The notes under the pieces: generated by a model | Told to the model about the DNA's origin: nothing | What the model saw: only the letters and a program-made list of their open reading frames with translations | The model's database searches: none | In this document: positions 12,856 to 24,272 of the stretch, piece by piece | How the letters are laid out: every line of letters starts with the position of its first letter | Position numbering within the stretch: the stretch's first letter is position 1 | Program-made: the position numbers and the translations under genes | Assembly: GCA_965153285.1 (NCBI GenBank) | Contig: OZ229116.1 | Origin: Podarcis tiliguerta | Taxonomy: Eukaryota | Direction: 5' to 3' (one strand) | Length of the DNA stretch: 64,000 nucleotides

Positions 12856-13385
12856 ATTCATGAACTCATATGCCGTAATATGACATTTTCTGCTTTTGCT
12901 GCTACAGACTAACATGGCTAACTTTTTGTACCTCTCTGTACAGGAAAAAGATGAAACAGTCTTCCAGGTGAGCCTTTCTGACTGGAATTGGCTCTCTAGA
13001 GTCTTAGACAGATTTTCTTCCACTACATTGTTCTTCCAACTGAAGATACCAAAGATCAAAATGGAGACTTCATACATGCAAAGTTTGTGCTTTTCTACCA
13101 CTGAGCAACAAATCCCCCCCTTGGCCTCTACTCATCTGCCATATCCTAACTGTGCTTCCTCAGCTAAGAAAAGCAGCTTACAGAGCCAGGCTGCATTGTC
13201 AAGAAAAGCAATATTTTAAAGTATTTTTTTTATCTTGACCTTTAAAATGTTCTGTCCAGGAGGAGGAAACATATAGGACGGTAGTCAATGACAGACCTAC
13301 TTGGAGTAATTAATTTCAATTGGTCTAATTCATGAAATACAACTCATAGTCACCTTGAGCTGCCACAGGAACAAATATTGGTATC

Positions 13386-13510
13386 AGAGTTGGAAGGGAC
13401 CACAAGGATAATCTAGTCTAGTCCCCTGCAATGCAGGAATCTTTGACCAATATGGGGCTCAAATCCATGACCCTGAGATTAAGAGTCTCATGCTCTTCCG
13501 ACTGAGCTAT
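13386..13510 (-). mobile_element. Short SINE: tRNA-Lys(CTT)-derived head with CR1-type 3' tail
   Basis: Minus strand reads ATAGCTCAGTCGGAAGAGCATGAGACTCTTAATCTCAGGGTC...CCCC, then ATTCCTGCATTGCAGGGG...GGTCCCTTCCAACTCT. Second copy at 25927-26065. Confidence 0.8.
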
Positions 13511-14397
13511 ATGCTTACTACACTTGGTTTATTTGAAACAAATAGAGCATGGTCCAAAATTAAGCTACACAGCAAGTCATGTTATTGCTTATTTGAGCTG
13601 TGTGGGTGCTGCACAGGGGGGATGCCATAGGGACCCACGTGACAGCCACATTCACAATTAAAACACTGTTTAAGATGAATTGTGACTTATTGTGACATGC
13701 AAACTAGGCCAGTGTAATGGAACTCCCAAACTAATGGAAAAATCAATTTATATACCTCAAAATGCAAATGGCTGATTTGGCAACAGGGGACACAAACAAT
13801 TAACCTTCATTGCATACAGCAGCCAGCAAGTGCCATTTCGATTTAAATATCTACACTCCTGTCTTTCTTCATTCCTTCCCCCACTACTTCTTTTTTAAGT
13901 AGGTTGTAAGCCTGCAACACCTAGATCCCTTATGTGCTTTAGAATATTATTTAGTGTTTTCTAAGTATACCCAGTAATACATAAGATACCAAGAACATAA
14001 TATATGCATTATATCTCAGAGTACATAAGCAATCCCTATTCACTTTCCATTTGACTTTGTGGTCACTAATTGAGGATGAATCAACCAAATGATCTGGCTA
14101 GAGGTGAGGGTTTGCTACTCAAAATTACCAGTTTTGCACATGTTGCTCAGTTGCAATTATTCTGTAAGCAGTTCAGAGATATGTTTTCTTGAACTGCCAC
14201 TTATTTTGGCAAACCCCATTTTAAGCTAGATAGTCTGAAACAATAATGTTCATATTTTAAAGTCCTACAAATACCTATGATAATGAAACAGAAAAGCAAG
14301 GCTTTTATATTCCTTTTAAAACATTTGCCTAATCTATAGGTGCAGAGAATTTTCATTTGCGGTACAAACACTGGTTGCCACAATAAGCACAGTATAC

Positions 14398-14576
14398 TGG
14401 AAGCTGCTTTGTATCAGAGATCAGAATACTTCCATCTATCCCTGTATTATCTCCCTTGACTCACAGCAGCTCTCTGGGGCCTCAGGCATTCTCATCACCT
14501 GCTACCTGATCCTTTTAACTGGAGATGCCAGTTTCTGCATGCAAAACATGTGTTCCACCATTGGTCTATGGCTCCT
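14398..14576 (-). mobile_element. tRNA-derived squamate SINE (Squam2-like), degraded
   Basis: Similar to copies at 28415-28555, 30762-30948 and 60745-60910 (tRNA-like head, ggcatctccag, gcagcttcc tail). Confidence 0.55.
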
Positions 14577-15239
14577 TTCCCAAAATGCTGCCTGAGCTTT
14601 AACAGAACACACAATCCTGAAGAACAAAGCGTCCTCGTTTCCCTATCAGCATTAGAAGACAGTAACTTGCAATTTCTAAATGACTTCCACCTAAATGCAA
14701 CTATGTTTTCTACACACTATTATTCTCTGCACAACTTGTTTTTATATACCTAGCAATGTAAGAAGCACCAGAATGAACTAGGTCTAGCTATGTTAGATAC
14801 AAGTTTTTGATGTGTGTGTGTGTGTGTCAATGTATTCAAATATGGCAAAAACAAATCTTGATCTCAGTACCGACAAAAAAGTCAAAATGCCTTGCTTCCC
14901 CGCCTCTGCTTTGTGTTTACAGAAGTCACCACTGAGCTGGCACAGGCAGGCAAGTTTCAAAGTGCTAGCAACGATGGCCCACAGTGTTGTTTGCTAGGAC
15001 GCAGTAGGAGAAAAGAACAGAGCTTCTCAAGGTTAGCCGCTGTCTAACCAGTGTCCTCACACTGGAGACAAAGAGAAAACTCAGACGACAGAGCATTTTG
15101 ACCTTTCACTTGACTTCTGAAAAAAAAAGAAAAAAAAGAAAAGAAAAAAAAGAGTGCCTATTTTGTAACCCAAGGAGCGGCCAGATTTAGGCCTAACCCT
15201 GGAAATCAGGCTTTTCTGCCTACTCTGTGCTCTTATTCC

Positions 15240-16160
15240 TCGACAACGCGACGGCGGGTTGCGATTACTCAATGGGGGGGGCACTACACATGCTCAGAGG
15301 CACCCTCGCCCCCATTTTTTTTTTACTGCTAGCGCTACAGTGCTACATGCTCCCAGGTTGGTGTGTGCCTCGGATCAAGGCCCGCTTTTAGGAAAAGCGG
15401 AGGGAAAGCAACAGTGCTCTCAACGAAATTTTGGGACTAAGCGGCGCTCTGGGGCAGCGGCCCCCGCCAAGCCACTCGCTCCCACCTCCAGCCGCACCGG
15501 GGCGGGATTGGCGGGTCCCATCAGGCGCCTGTGTGGGCATCCTCAAGTCCGGACGGCCAACTTCTCCCTCAGCCCCCTCCGAAGCCGGTTCAAAAGCCCC
15601 TCCCGTACCAAGGGCCGCGCGAAGGGCTAAACCCGCAGCAGCGGACCCCGGGACCGCAGCACGAACGGAGAGGGCCGTCGCCCTCGCCGCTCAGACTCAC
15701 CGCCTCGCCCTGCCGGTAATACTCCTTTCTCAGTCACCTCAGCAGCCGCCAAGTCCCGGCAGTTCATTCCCACACACGCTCCTCATCTCTCCCCCGCCCG
15801 TCTCCTTCAACAACCAATCCGCCAGCTGCACCGGCTACAGCTCTTGGCCAATCATCGTTTGCCGTTGCAGGAGGTGAGGCTTCAGCTCCCGCCTTATCCG
15901 GGTCACAAGACGTTAGTTTACCATCGACACGGATGACTTGCTTTGCGGACAAGCTGGGAAATTCTTGCTCTTCACGTGAACAGTACTGAAGGATCGCGCG
16001 AGAGCGCCATCTGCCGATGCGGAGCGCTCGGTACAACAGCCAATGATTACTTAGCAGAGTGTAGTAAAGCTGTACAACTGTTGTTTCTTTTCTCGTCCGG
16101 ACTAGGTCCCAGTCCGCTACTACGGTAGCATTTCGCAACTCGCTTTTATCGGTACTGTCG
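15240..16160. promoter_or_regulatory. CpG island / MTFR1 promoter
   Basis: GC- and CpG-rich against an AT-rich background. CCAAT at 15814, 15848 and 16040; E-box CACGTG at 15973; TCGCGCGAGA (BANP/ZBTB33-like) near 15994; CTCF-like motif at 16002-16017. Confidence 0.8.
15701..15790 (-). other. MTFR1: Probable non-coding exon 1 of MTFR1 (5' end approximate)
   Basis: Consensus donor GCG|gtgagt (15700-15695) inside the CpG island, just downstream (on the minus strand) of two CCAAT boxes. Confidence 0.6.
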
Positions 16161-16545
16161 TTATAAAAAGAACTGCAATATGCAAATTAAAAATTATTTT
16201 AGGACTGCAGTAGCCCTGTGCAATAATATGGCTTGATACTCTGTCAAGCGTTTGTTTTAAATACGTAGTTGTTTAGATTATATAATATTATATATTTGTA
16301 TTGTATTTTATGTCTTGTAAGCTGCCTTGTGAGCAGCCTAAACATGCCCTAAGCCTAAGGTTTAAGACAGCTTCCTAAGTTCCTACTACTGTACTTTGAT
16401 GAGGCTTACTCCCAAGTATGTTTAGGCTTGGATTCTTATACCAGGGGTGGCCAACTCCCAAAAGACTGCACTCTACTTACAGAGTTAAAAACCGGCAGTG
16501 ATCTACCCCGTATTTTATGGGTACAGGTAAAAGTTGTTGAGCTTA

Positions 16546-16694
16546 GATCGTAGAATTGTTGAGTTGGAAGAAAGCTAGAGGATCATCAAGTCCAACCCAC
16601 TGCAATGCAGGAATATGCAGCTGTCCCATATGGGGATCAAACCTGCAACCTTGGCATTATCAGCACCATGATGTAACCAGCTGAGCTATTCAGG
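16546..16694 (-). mobile_element. Short SINE: tRNA-Ile-derived head (GAT at the anticodon position) with CR1-type tail
   Basis: Minus strand reads ATAGCTCAGCTGGTT...TGGTGCTGATAATGCCAAGGTTGCAGGTTTGATCCCC, then ATTCCTGCATTGCAG...CTTCCAACTC. Second copy at 39484-39626. A hAT-like left end CAGGGGTGGCCAACT precedes it at 16442. Confidence 0.75.
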
Positions 16695-17799
16695 TATCTA
16701 CCTCCTTTTTAAAATGTATTTTATTACTATTATTTGTATTTTTAAAGATTGCAGTGTGTTTGCAATAAACAATAACTTTGCAATACAGTAACGGAAATTC
16801 CCAACTAAAAACTTTACACTAAACTGAAAACAACATATGGCTGTGTTGTCATTATACTTCCTATTTCAATACATCAAGAAAAAACCCATTTCTCAATAAA
16901 TTTATGGGGAGTTAAATACCACTGATAAAACGTCTTATAAGTATGGAAATTGATAAAATGCATGTTGCTACAGAAGAATGTATCCTAGTCAAGACACTGC
17001 ATAGTCTTCCTTTGATGTGGTCCAACTTTAGATGGAGTCCAACAGGGTGGCAACAGCTTTGCCACAACGCCCCCTGGTCCTGACTGATTTGTTAAAGTCT
17101 TATGGCAAAAAAAATCAAGACTTAGGAAGTCTGCCTGATTTCTATCAGTTAAGATAGCTGATAGCATGGAATGCTGTTTATGTTGTCAGTTTGAAAATAG
17201 GGAAGATGGAAAGCAGGGGAAGAGAGGGAATTGACTTGCTCTCCCCCCTCTCCCCGGAATAATTTAAGGGGTGTTTCAAGACAATACCATTTTTCTTTCC
17301 CACTCTCCAGAACTGGATACCTCCCCTCTTATTTCATATAGGGACCCACGTTAGGAGCTAGGAGCCCTCTATTGCCATATGTACTGTATAGTACAGCAGG
17401 GGAAAACTTCAGAGCCTTCTCCTCCCATCCCTCAATTCTTCCTGCTCTAACCTAAGAGCACTCCTGTGGAGCAGATCCCATTTGTAATTGTTTAGCAGTT
17501 GAAGTTTTATCCTGCCGTTGCTCCAGGGACCTAAGGGTAGCGTACAGGGTCACCCCACGCTCCATTTTTTTATTTTGGTTTTTGGTTTCTACGAGTGAAA
17601 AAAACGTTTTTATTCATAAAGTACTCCAAAATTCGTATATTTTTCAGACTCACGGCATGCTGGTGAAAGAGGAAATTAAGGCTGCTATCCAAGCCCCACA
17701 TGCCCAGAAGTAAGCCCCATTCAATTCAATACGACTTACTCCTGAGTAGAACTGGCTAATAAGGCTGCCTGCATTCCTAAACTAGAGATGGAAGAGCCA

Positions 17800-18500
17800 T
17801 TCAACGCAGCGGGGCTTACTTCCGAATATACATTCACGGGACTGCGCTGGAACACTTCCTTTTCAACCTGCGGTAGCAAACCCCCGTGGAAACACACAAA
17901 CGCCCACAAATAAATCCCGCTGAACAGGAGCGGGACTGGCTTCCCATAAGCGCTCACAGAATCGCTCTGTTTATCCTTTTCGCCTACAAGCCCCCCCCCT
18001 CGCGCCATACTCTCGCGTGACAGCGAAAGCTCACGACGCCGAGAAAGTCTCCCTGGGACTTGTAGTTTCTTAGGTCCACCTTTTTTTAAAAAAAGCTTCA
18101 CCGGCTCCAACCCACAATGCCGCGGAAGTCCAGCCAGCCGCATTTAACCAATTAGAGACGCGCGTAACAAGGCGAGCCGCGACTGGCCAGGAGGTGCTTT
18201 CCGCTGCAGCCAATGGGGTCCCCCGGAGCGCCGAGGTGCCGGAGACCTGTGAGCGCCCGCCTGGCTGGGTGAATGTTGTCTCCGGGGGTAGAAGGTTCCA
18301 ATCCTGCTGACCTCTGGCCGGGCGCCCCGGGGTGCAAAGCGCCTTCTCCCCGCCCGGCCTCCTTTCGCACGAGAGCGGCCTCCGCGGCAGCAGATACGTG
18401 ACCTGGACCGTTCCTTCTTCTGGCGGGGCGGGAGCAAGAAAGCGCCTCCCCTTTCGCATCCTATGAAAGTGAGGGCGGGGAATGGGGGACCTTCGGAGTG
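17800..18500 (+). promoter_or_regulatory. CpG island / ARMC1 promoter and probable non-coding exon 1 (candidate donor AAA|gtgagg at 18469)
   Basis: CpG-rich. ZNF143-type ACTACAAGTCCCA on the minus strand at 18054-18066; TCTCGCGTGA at 18011; ETS-like GCGGAAGT at 18122; CCAAT at 18148 and 18210; GC boxes near 18423 and 18473. Confidence 0.78.
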
Positions 18501-21185
18501 GGGAGTCGGTGGGGAGAAGGAGCCTGGGGAGGGTTAAGGGGTATTGGGCCACCGAAGGCAGGGGAAGCCAGACCAAGGAGAGTGACCCCGGGCAGGGTAA
18601 CCTAAGAGTCCCCTGACCTCTTCCCACCCCAATCACAAGCTCTTATTTTAAATCATCAAAACATCAGGGGTTTCTAATGGCTGCCTTTCTCTCCATAGTA
18701 TCAGCTTATGTATGTTTACCCTGATTTAAGCCCGATTTCGTTTAGTGGGGCTTAGTCCCTGCTAGCCTAAAGTGTGGTACTATGTGGGTCTACTCAGATG
18801 GAAATTCCATTGGGTTCAATGGGCAACCCTCCCAGGTAATTGGGGATATGATTGCAGCAGAAGCTGATTTCAGTTATCTGGCCCTGGGGAATGGGGAGGA
18901 GAGGAGGTTTAAGCGCTGGCATATAAGGTAGCAATCCCTTGTGTACTGAACTTCTGATATTTTTGCGATACAAACCAGTACGAGAAATAGTACAAATGAC
19001 CAACATAGCATCTTGGATGTCCACATCTGGGAAGAAGTTCTGTCGCAGTGAGCTAGATTTACTTTTGGCTGACTATTTGGTTAACCGTTGTTTCATTTTA
19101 GAAAAGGCTTGCTGCAGCATCTAAGACTTGGTGTTTAAATATAGCCACAGTGCTATACGTATGGTGAGTTGCTTTTGTTTTTCAAAAGAGAAACAAAAGT
19201 GATTTCTTTGGGTCAGACTGTGTATATGCTTGCAAGTTAGTCCTATTTAAACAAGTAGGATTTCTAAGAAGGCATGCGTACACCTGGCAGTGTTTGAGTA
19301 TGAACTTATGCATGCTTACCAGGGAGCAAGCCCTACTGGCAGAGTGGGATTTATGAATAAACGTGCATATAGGATTGTGCTGCGCACTGAAGTAAGTAAA
19401 AAACAACAGTGAAATAGATGAGGCATATTTGTTATAATGAATTACATATAATTCTTAATATGAGAATGTTGTCAGTCTCTGGCTCAGGTTGTGGTCAGAA
19501 GCTGTATCAAGTTTCTTTGGTGATATTTGTGTAATTCTGAATCAGTAAATAGCACAAATATTTGTCTGTGGCCCTAAGGACCATCAATTTCAGTAAAAGC
19601 CACATACAGTATTTAGGGTTGATCCTAAGCATAGCTTTTGAAGTTAGCTTCATGGAAACAAATATCCTGATTTCCAGACCAGTTTAATTTCTCAATACTT
19701 TATTCATGGTGGAGTTAGCTCATATTTTTAGCTCAGTGGCTTTCAGATTCCACCTTCAAGGAGCCCTTTCTGCATTGCTTTGTCTGCTGCAGAACTTGAG
19801 GGTGTCTACCCACAAGAACCTTGTGCATTCAGAATATTCTGGACCATGTTTACTAAGGTGAACAGACATTTCATAGAGAACACCGGCCATATTGGTCCTC
19901 ATTGTTGCTGCATGTGAGCTGTGAGTGCACGCTGGATTATACTCAACAATGTCCTCATACTTTGCAGGGAGAAATATCTAGGAAGCTTGGGTTGTTGTCA
20001 ACATTAGCCATACTTAAGTAGACTCGTTCAAATCATTGGATATCATTAATAAGTCTGTTTCAGTGGTTTTACTCTGAGTATGACTTGGTTGGATTCAATC
20101 CCTTGACTGTCATCATGGCTCTTTCAATTGAGGAACCTGTGATAAGCATATGAGGATTCTCTGGAGCAAAGTTTGAAAATTGCTATTCTAATAATCTAGT
20201 TATTGAATTTAGGTTCCGGCGGTGCGTTGTGTTTTGTTTTGCCAGGGGTGGCATGCAGCAGTTTAGAAGGTTGCCTTTCCACTACTCGTGCCATGCTTCC
20301 TTTATTCAGATGATAATTCCAATGCACAATTTTGGAAATTAGATCCTTATGGAGATTGTATACCTTCATATTCCATCCAGCATTGCAACTGATAAATACA
20401 TATGCTGCGTGAAGCTCTTTGGGCACTGGTAAAGACCTGAACAACTACATGCCTTCATTTGCTTACCCAAGAGAATTCTGTTCTGTTTACTGTATAATAG
20501 TCCCTTTAGGCACTTTTGAAGACTGTATATGAAATGTTATGTTCACAATGCATGGAAGCCCTTGTTATATCTAAAATAGCATTTTGGATTCTGACTGAAG
20601 CCTTCACAATATTAAAAACTTGGAGCCAATTTTCACTATGCTTTTGTGCTTTGTGTGTATGTGAAGGTGAAATGCAAATGCTTTAGTGATTATTTCACCC
20701 ACCTATCCCATTTACTTGCTTTTGGGGTAAAGCTGGGAGTCCTTGCATAGTGGGATGGGCCAAAGGGTTGAGCATTGTCAAGCTTTACATATCTTTATAT
20801 GTATGGTGATAACTGTGGATTAGGAATAATTCTTGCCCAGCAAGAATTATTCTATTACTGACTTATGTTGATAGCTGAAATAGTGATAAGATGTGCTATG
20901 TATTAGATTCTTTGACTTGCTGTCTGATTTTGGTGGAAGGAAATGGGAACTTTGAGTGCATTAAAAATTAAAACAATACATACTGTGTCTTAGGTTTGCC
21001 TTTTTGTTGAATTTTGAATAGTGATCTGAGCAGCATGTGCTGACTAGTGTCTTTTAAAGACTCCTAAAGAATTACTTAAGGAAATATAATTTGAACCACA
21101 CCAAGCTAATGACAGTGGCCATTAACTCCACAATATTTCTAATAACATTTCTTTTCCAGCAGAATTTTATGTATGACAAGCAAAA

Positions 21186-21359
21186 ATGAACAGCAGTATG
21201 AGTGAAGAGCCTGATGCGTTATCTGTAGTTAATCAGCTGAGGGACCTTGCAGCTGATCCCCTAAACAGAAGAGCAATTGTGCAGGATCAGGGATGTCTAC
21301 CAGGCCTTATTTTATTTTTGGATCATCCCAATCCCCCAGTTGTCCATTCAGCCCTACTG
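21186..21359 (+). CDS. ARMC1: ARMC1 first coding exon (MNSS...VVHSALL)
   Basis: ATG at 21186, tandem acceptor ttttccagcag (exon start 21160 or 21163), donor CTG|gtaagt at 21360. Confidence 0.96.
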
Positions 21360-23220
21360 GTAAGTATCTTCTGTTTCCTAATTGTGCAACTTTTTTCCTA
21401 TGCATTCTGTAGCATGACTATGTGATTGGCACTCTAAATTTCAGGATTTAATATTAAATAAGCACTCATTGGCTGTTGCAACCATATTTTACACCAGTGT
21501 GTTTCCATAAAATATCTTAAAACAAAACATTTTAGAAAATTTTACTGAAGAAGAAAAGATGTATTGTAATAGCACAGATTCTTAGCCAGAGAGGATCACC
21601 TAAAAATGACATTCCCAAATGCAGTTTATGCTCTTGTCACTCTGGTACATTCTGAGAAACTATGGCATTGAAGTGGAGGATTTCTTTAAAAAGAAATAAA
21701 GAAATTTATTGATGCAACTTTAAAGATACCAAAGTTTAGCAATGTATATCAAATATGAGAGTTCAGGAGCAGTGTTAATTCTGTTTGATGCCAGGTCCCG
21801 CCCCCACCTCAAGGTAAAAGTAGTCATAGTTCTCATCTTCCCACTCTCCAAATTAGAATCTAGTCCTACTGAAATAAATGGGCCTTACTCCCAGGTAAAT
21901 GTATAAAGTGTAAGTTGGCAGTCTAAATTAATAATGAAACATAACAGAAATACTCTTCAGCAGGTATTAGGGCAATGGACATGCTGCATCAGAGCTGTTA
22001 GGAACTAAGCAAACATTAATGTTGGCACAAGACCAATTACACAACACAATGACAACTGGCTCAAGGTCCTCTTGTTTCTGAATGTCACTTAATCGTGACA
22101 CATGCAGTCTTAGAGCTCAGAGAAAATATGATGCTAAGTAGAACAATGAAGAACCTAAATTGTTTGTATGATAACAATTTACCTCCCCAAAGCAAGCACC
22201 CATATACATACAACATCTGTCAACTAAACTTATCCTTCTCCAGCTGAACAAGTTGACAGGCTTGCTCTTAAAATCTATTCATCTTAAAGATTCAGTAATA
22301 TCGATCAGCATGGGATGTATGTGGAAAAAGGGTTGCAGAATAGGAGAGAGGAGGAGGAGGAGGAAGTGATCTGTGTCAAGGAAGAGTTGAGAAAAGGAGG
22401 AGGGTGGAAGAAAAAGGAGTGAAGGTGAAAATGGGAGTGTAAAGGTGATTGAAAAAAGGAGGGGTAAGAGGCATGGGAATGGAGCTGAAGATGAAAGGGC
22501 ATGGAAGGTCTATACAATAGGAGGGGATGGTGAAAAGGGTGCTTTGTAGGTGCAATGTGTGGGAGGAGGAAGGTGCAGGAAGTTACCATGAAGGTGTGCA
22601 AGGGGGAATTGTGCAAAAGGAGGGGGAGGAGGCAAGGACATGGGGTGAAGGTGAAAAGGGGTGTAAAGCAGGACTGCAGAATGAGAGAGAAGTGGCTTCA
22701 GAAATGACATGAAGGTGAAAGCGAGCTTAGTAGTTGCATAGTTGGGATGGGAAAACTGGTAGGTGGGTTGATGAGAGGAGCAAGCAGGAGTGCAGCCCCT
22801 AGTTTTATACATATATAACGCAAAAACACTCCTTCAGCAGCAACAATGCAAATACAATGCTTTGAACAGCTGCACATTTAACCTTCATATTTTGAGTTAT
22901 CCCATTATACGCAACTTGCTGGAAATGTTAACTTAGTTTTATATGATACTATATTTGCTGATAGACAACTGAAAGAATCAGTTCTCTTAATTCAATATTT
23001 AGTCAAAATCATATTTATATAATTACTGGGATTTTTCTAGACAAGAATACGCCAAAAATATTTTGGGGTGCAGCTTATTAAACTAAAATTGCATATGTTC
23101 TAACCATTACATAAAATATCTTCAGAATTGATACTGTTTATTTTTGAGAGATGTATAAAAGAAAAATTAGAAACAATAGCATTATTCTATTAGATTACTT
23201 TAACTTGCCCTTTCTTACAG

Positions 23221-23312
23221 GCTCTCCGCTATTTGGCGGAATGTCGTGCCAACAGAGAAAAGATGAAAAGCGAACTAGGTATGATGCTGAGCTTACAAAC
23301 CGTCGTGCAAAA
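23221..23312 (+). CDS. ARMC1: ARMC1 coding exon 2 ([31 protein letters not shown])
   Basis: Acceptor tttcttacag|GCT and donor AA|gtaagt; 92 nt. Confidence 0.96.
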
Positions 23313-23348
23313 GTAAGTATAGTGTGCTATCTATAGTAAAAGTACATA

Positions 23349-23704
23349 CAGTGGTGCCTCGCAAGACGAAAAGAATCCGTTCCGCGAGTCTCTTCGTCTA
23401 GCGGTTTTTTCGTCTTGCGAAGCAACCCCATTAGCGGATTAGCGCTATTAGCGGTTTAGCGGCTATTAGCGGCTATTAAAGGCTTAAGGGATTAGCGGAT
23501 TAGCTGCTAAAAGGCTATTAGCAGCTTAGTGCCTTAGAAAAAGGGGGTGGGGAGCGGGAAAAAATCGCAGGAACTCGCAAGACATTTTCGTCTTGCGAAG
23601 CAAGCCCATAGGAAATTTGTTCTGTGAAGCACCTCCAAAACGGAAACCCTTTCGTCTAGCGGGTTTTCCGTCTTGCGAGGCATTCGTCTTGCGGGGCACC
23701 ACTG
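23349..23704. mobile_element. Tigger/mariner-like MITE with internal (TTAGCGG)-type repeats
   Basis: TIRs CAGTGGTGCC(T/C)CGCAAGACGAA with TA on both sides. Near-identical copy at 53810-54175. Confidence 0.9.
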
Positions 23705-23710
23705 TAATTT

Positions 23711-23842
23711 ATCATAGAATCCTAGAACTCTAGAGTTGGAAGGGACCCCAAGAGTCATCTTGTCTAACTCCCTGCAGTACAGATATCTCAGCTGGAGCAT
23801 CCATGACATCCAACCTTTGCTTTAAAATCTTCCAATGAAGGT
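23711..23842 (-). mobile_element. CR1 LINE 3' end fragment
   Basis: ATCATAGAATCCTAGAA...GAGTTGGAAGGGACCCC...CATCCAACCTTTGCTTTAAAA is the reverse complement of a CR1 3' terminus. Confidence 0.65.
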
Positions 23843-24030
23843 TGGAGTATGTACATATTTCCTTCCTACCACCACCTTACGAGGGAGTCTGTATCCCCTT
23901 ACAAACTATCAGATTATTGCGGTATATAGTGTGTTTCTGTCTTAAAATTGTTTTAAGAATAAGGGACTTGGGAATTAGATTGCAAAGGTGGCTTCCTTGT
24001 TCAAGCAGATTCCTTTCATAATCTCCAATA

Positions 24031-24272
24031 CAGTGGTACCTCGGGTTACATACGCTTCAGGTTACATATGCTTCAGGTTACAGACTCTGCTAACCCAGAA
24101 AAAGTGCTTCAGGATAAGAACTTTGCTTCAGGATAGGAACAGAAATCGGGCTCTGGCGGCACGGCAGCAACAGGAGGCCCCATTAGCTAAAGTGGTGCTT
24201 CAGGTTAAGAACAGTTTCAGGTTAAGTACGGACCTCTGGAACGAATTAAGTACTTAACCCGAGGTAGCACTG
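24031..24272. mobile_element. Tigger/mariner-like MITE (CAGTGGTACCTC family)
   Basis: TIRs CAGTGGTACCTCGGGTTA / TAACCCGAGGTAGCACTG with TA flanks. Confidence 0.88.

Noticed and set aside
13386-13510. Possible tRNA-Lys gene (also Ile-like sequences at 16546 and 39484)
   Set aside because: The acceptor stem and T-loop are degraded, each is fused to a CR1-type tail, and they are multicopy. These are SINEs, not tRNA genes.
15790-18200. Single classical bidirectional promoter
   Set aside because: The likely first exons are more than 2 kb apart, with two distinct CpG islands and an AT-rich spacer containing a SINE and a hAT fragment. It is better described as two divergent promoters.
15259-18636. 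Several 100-190 aa ORFs in the CpG islands
   Set aside because: These are Pro/Arg/Ala/Gly-rich stop-free frames expected in GC-rich promoters, with no recognisable domains.
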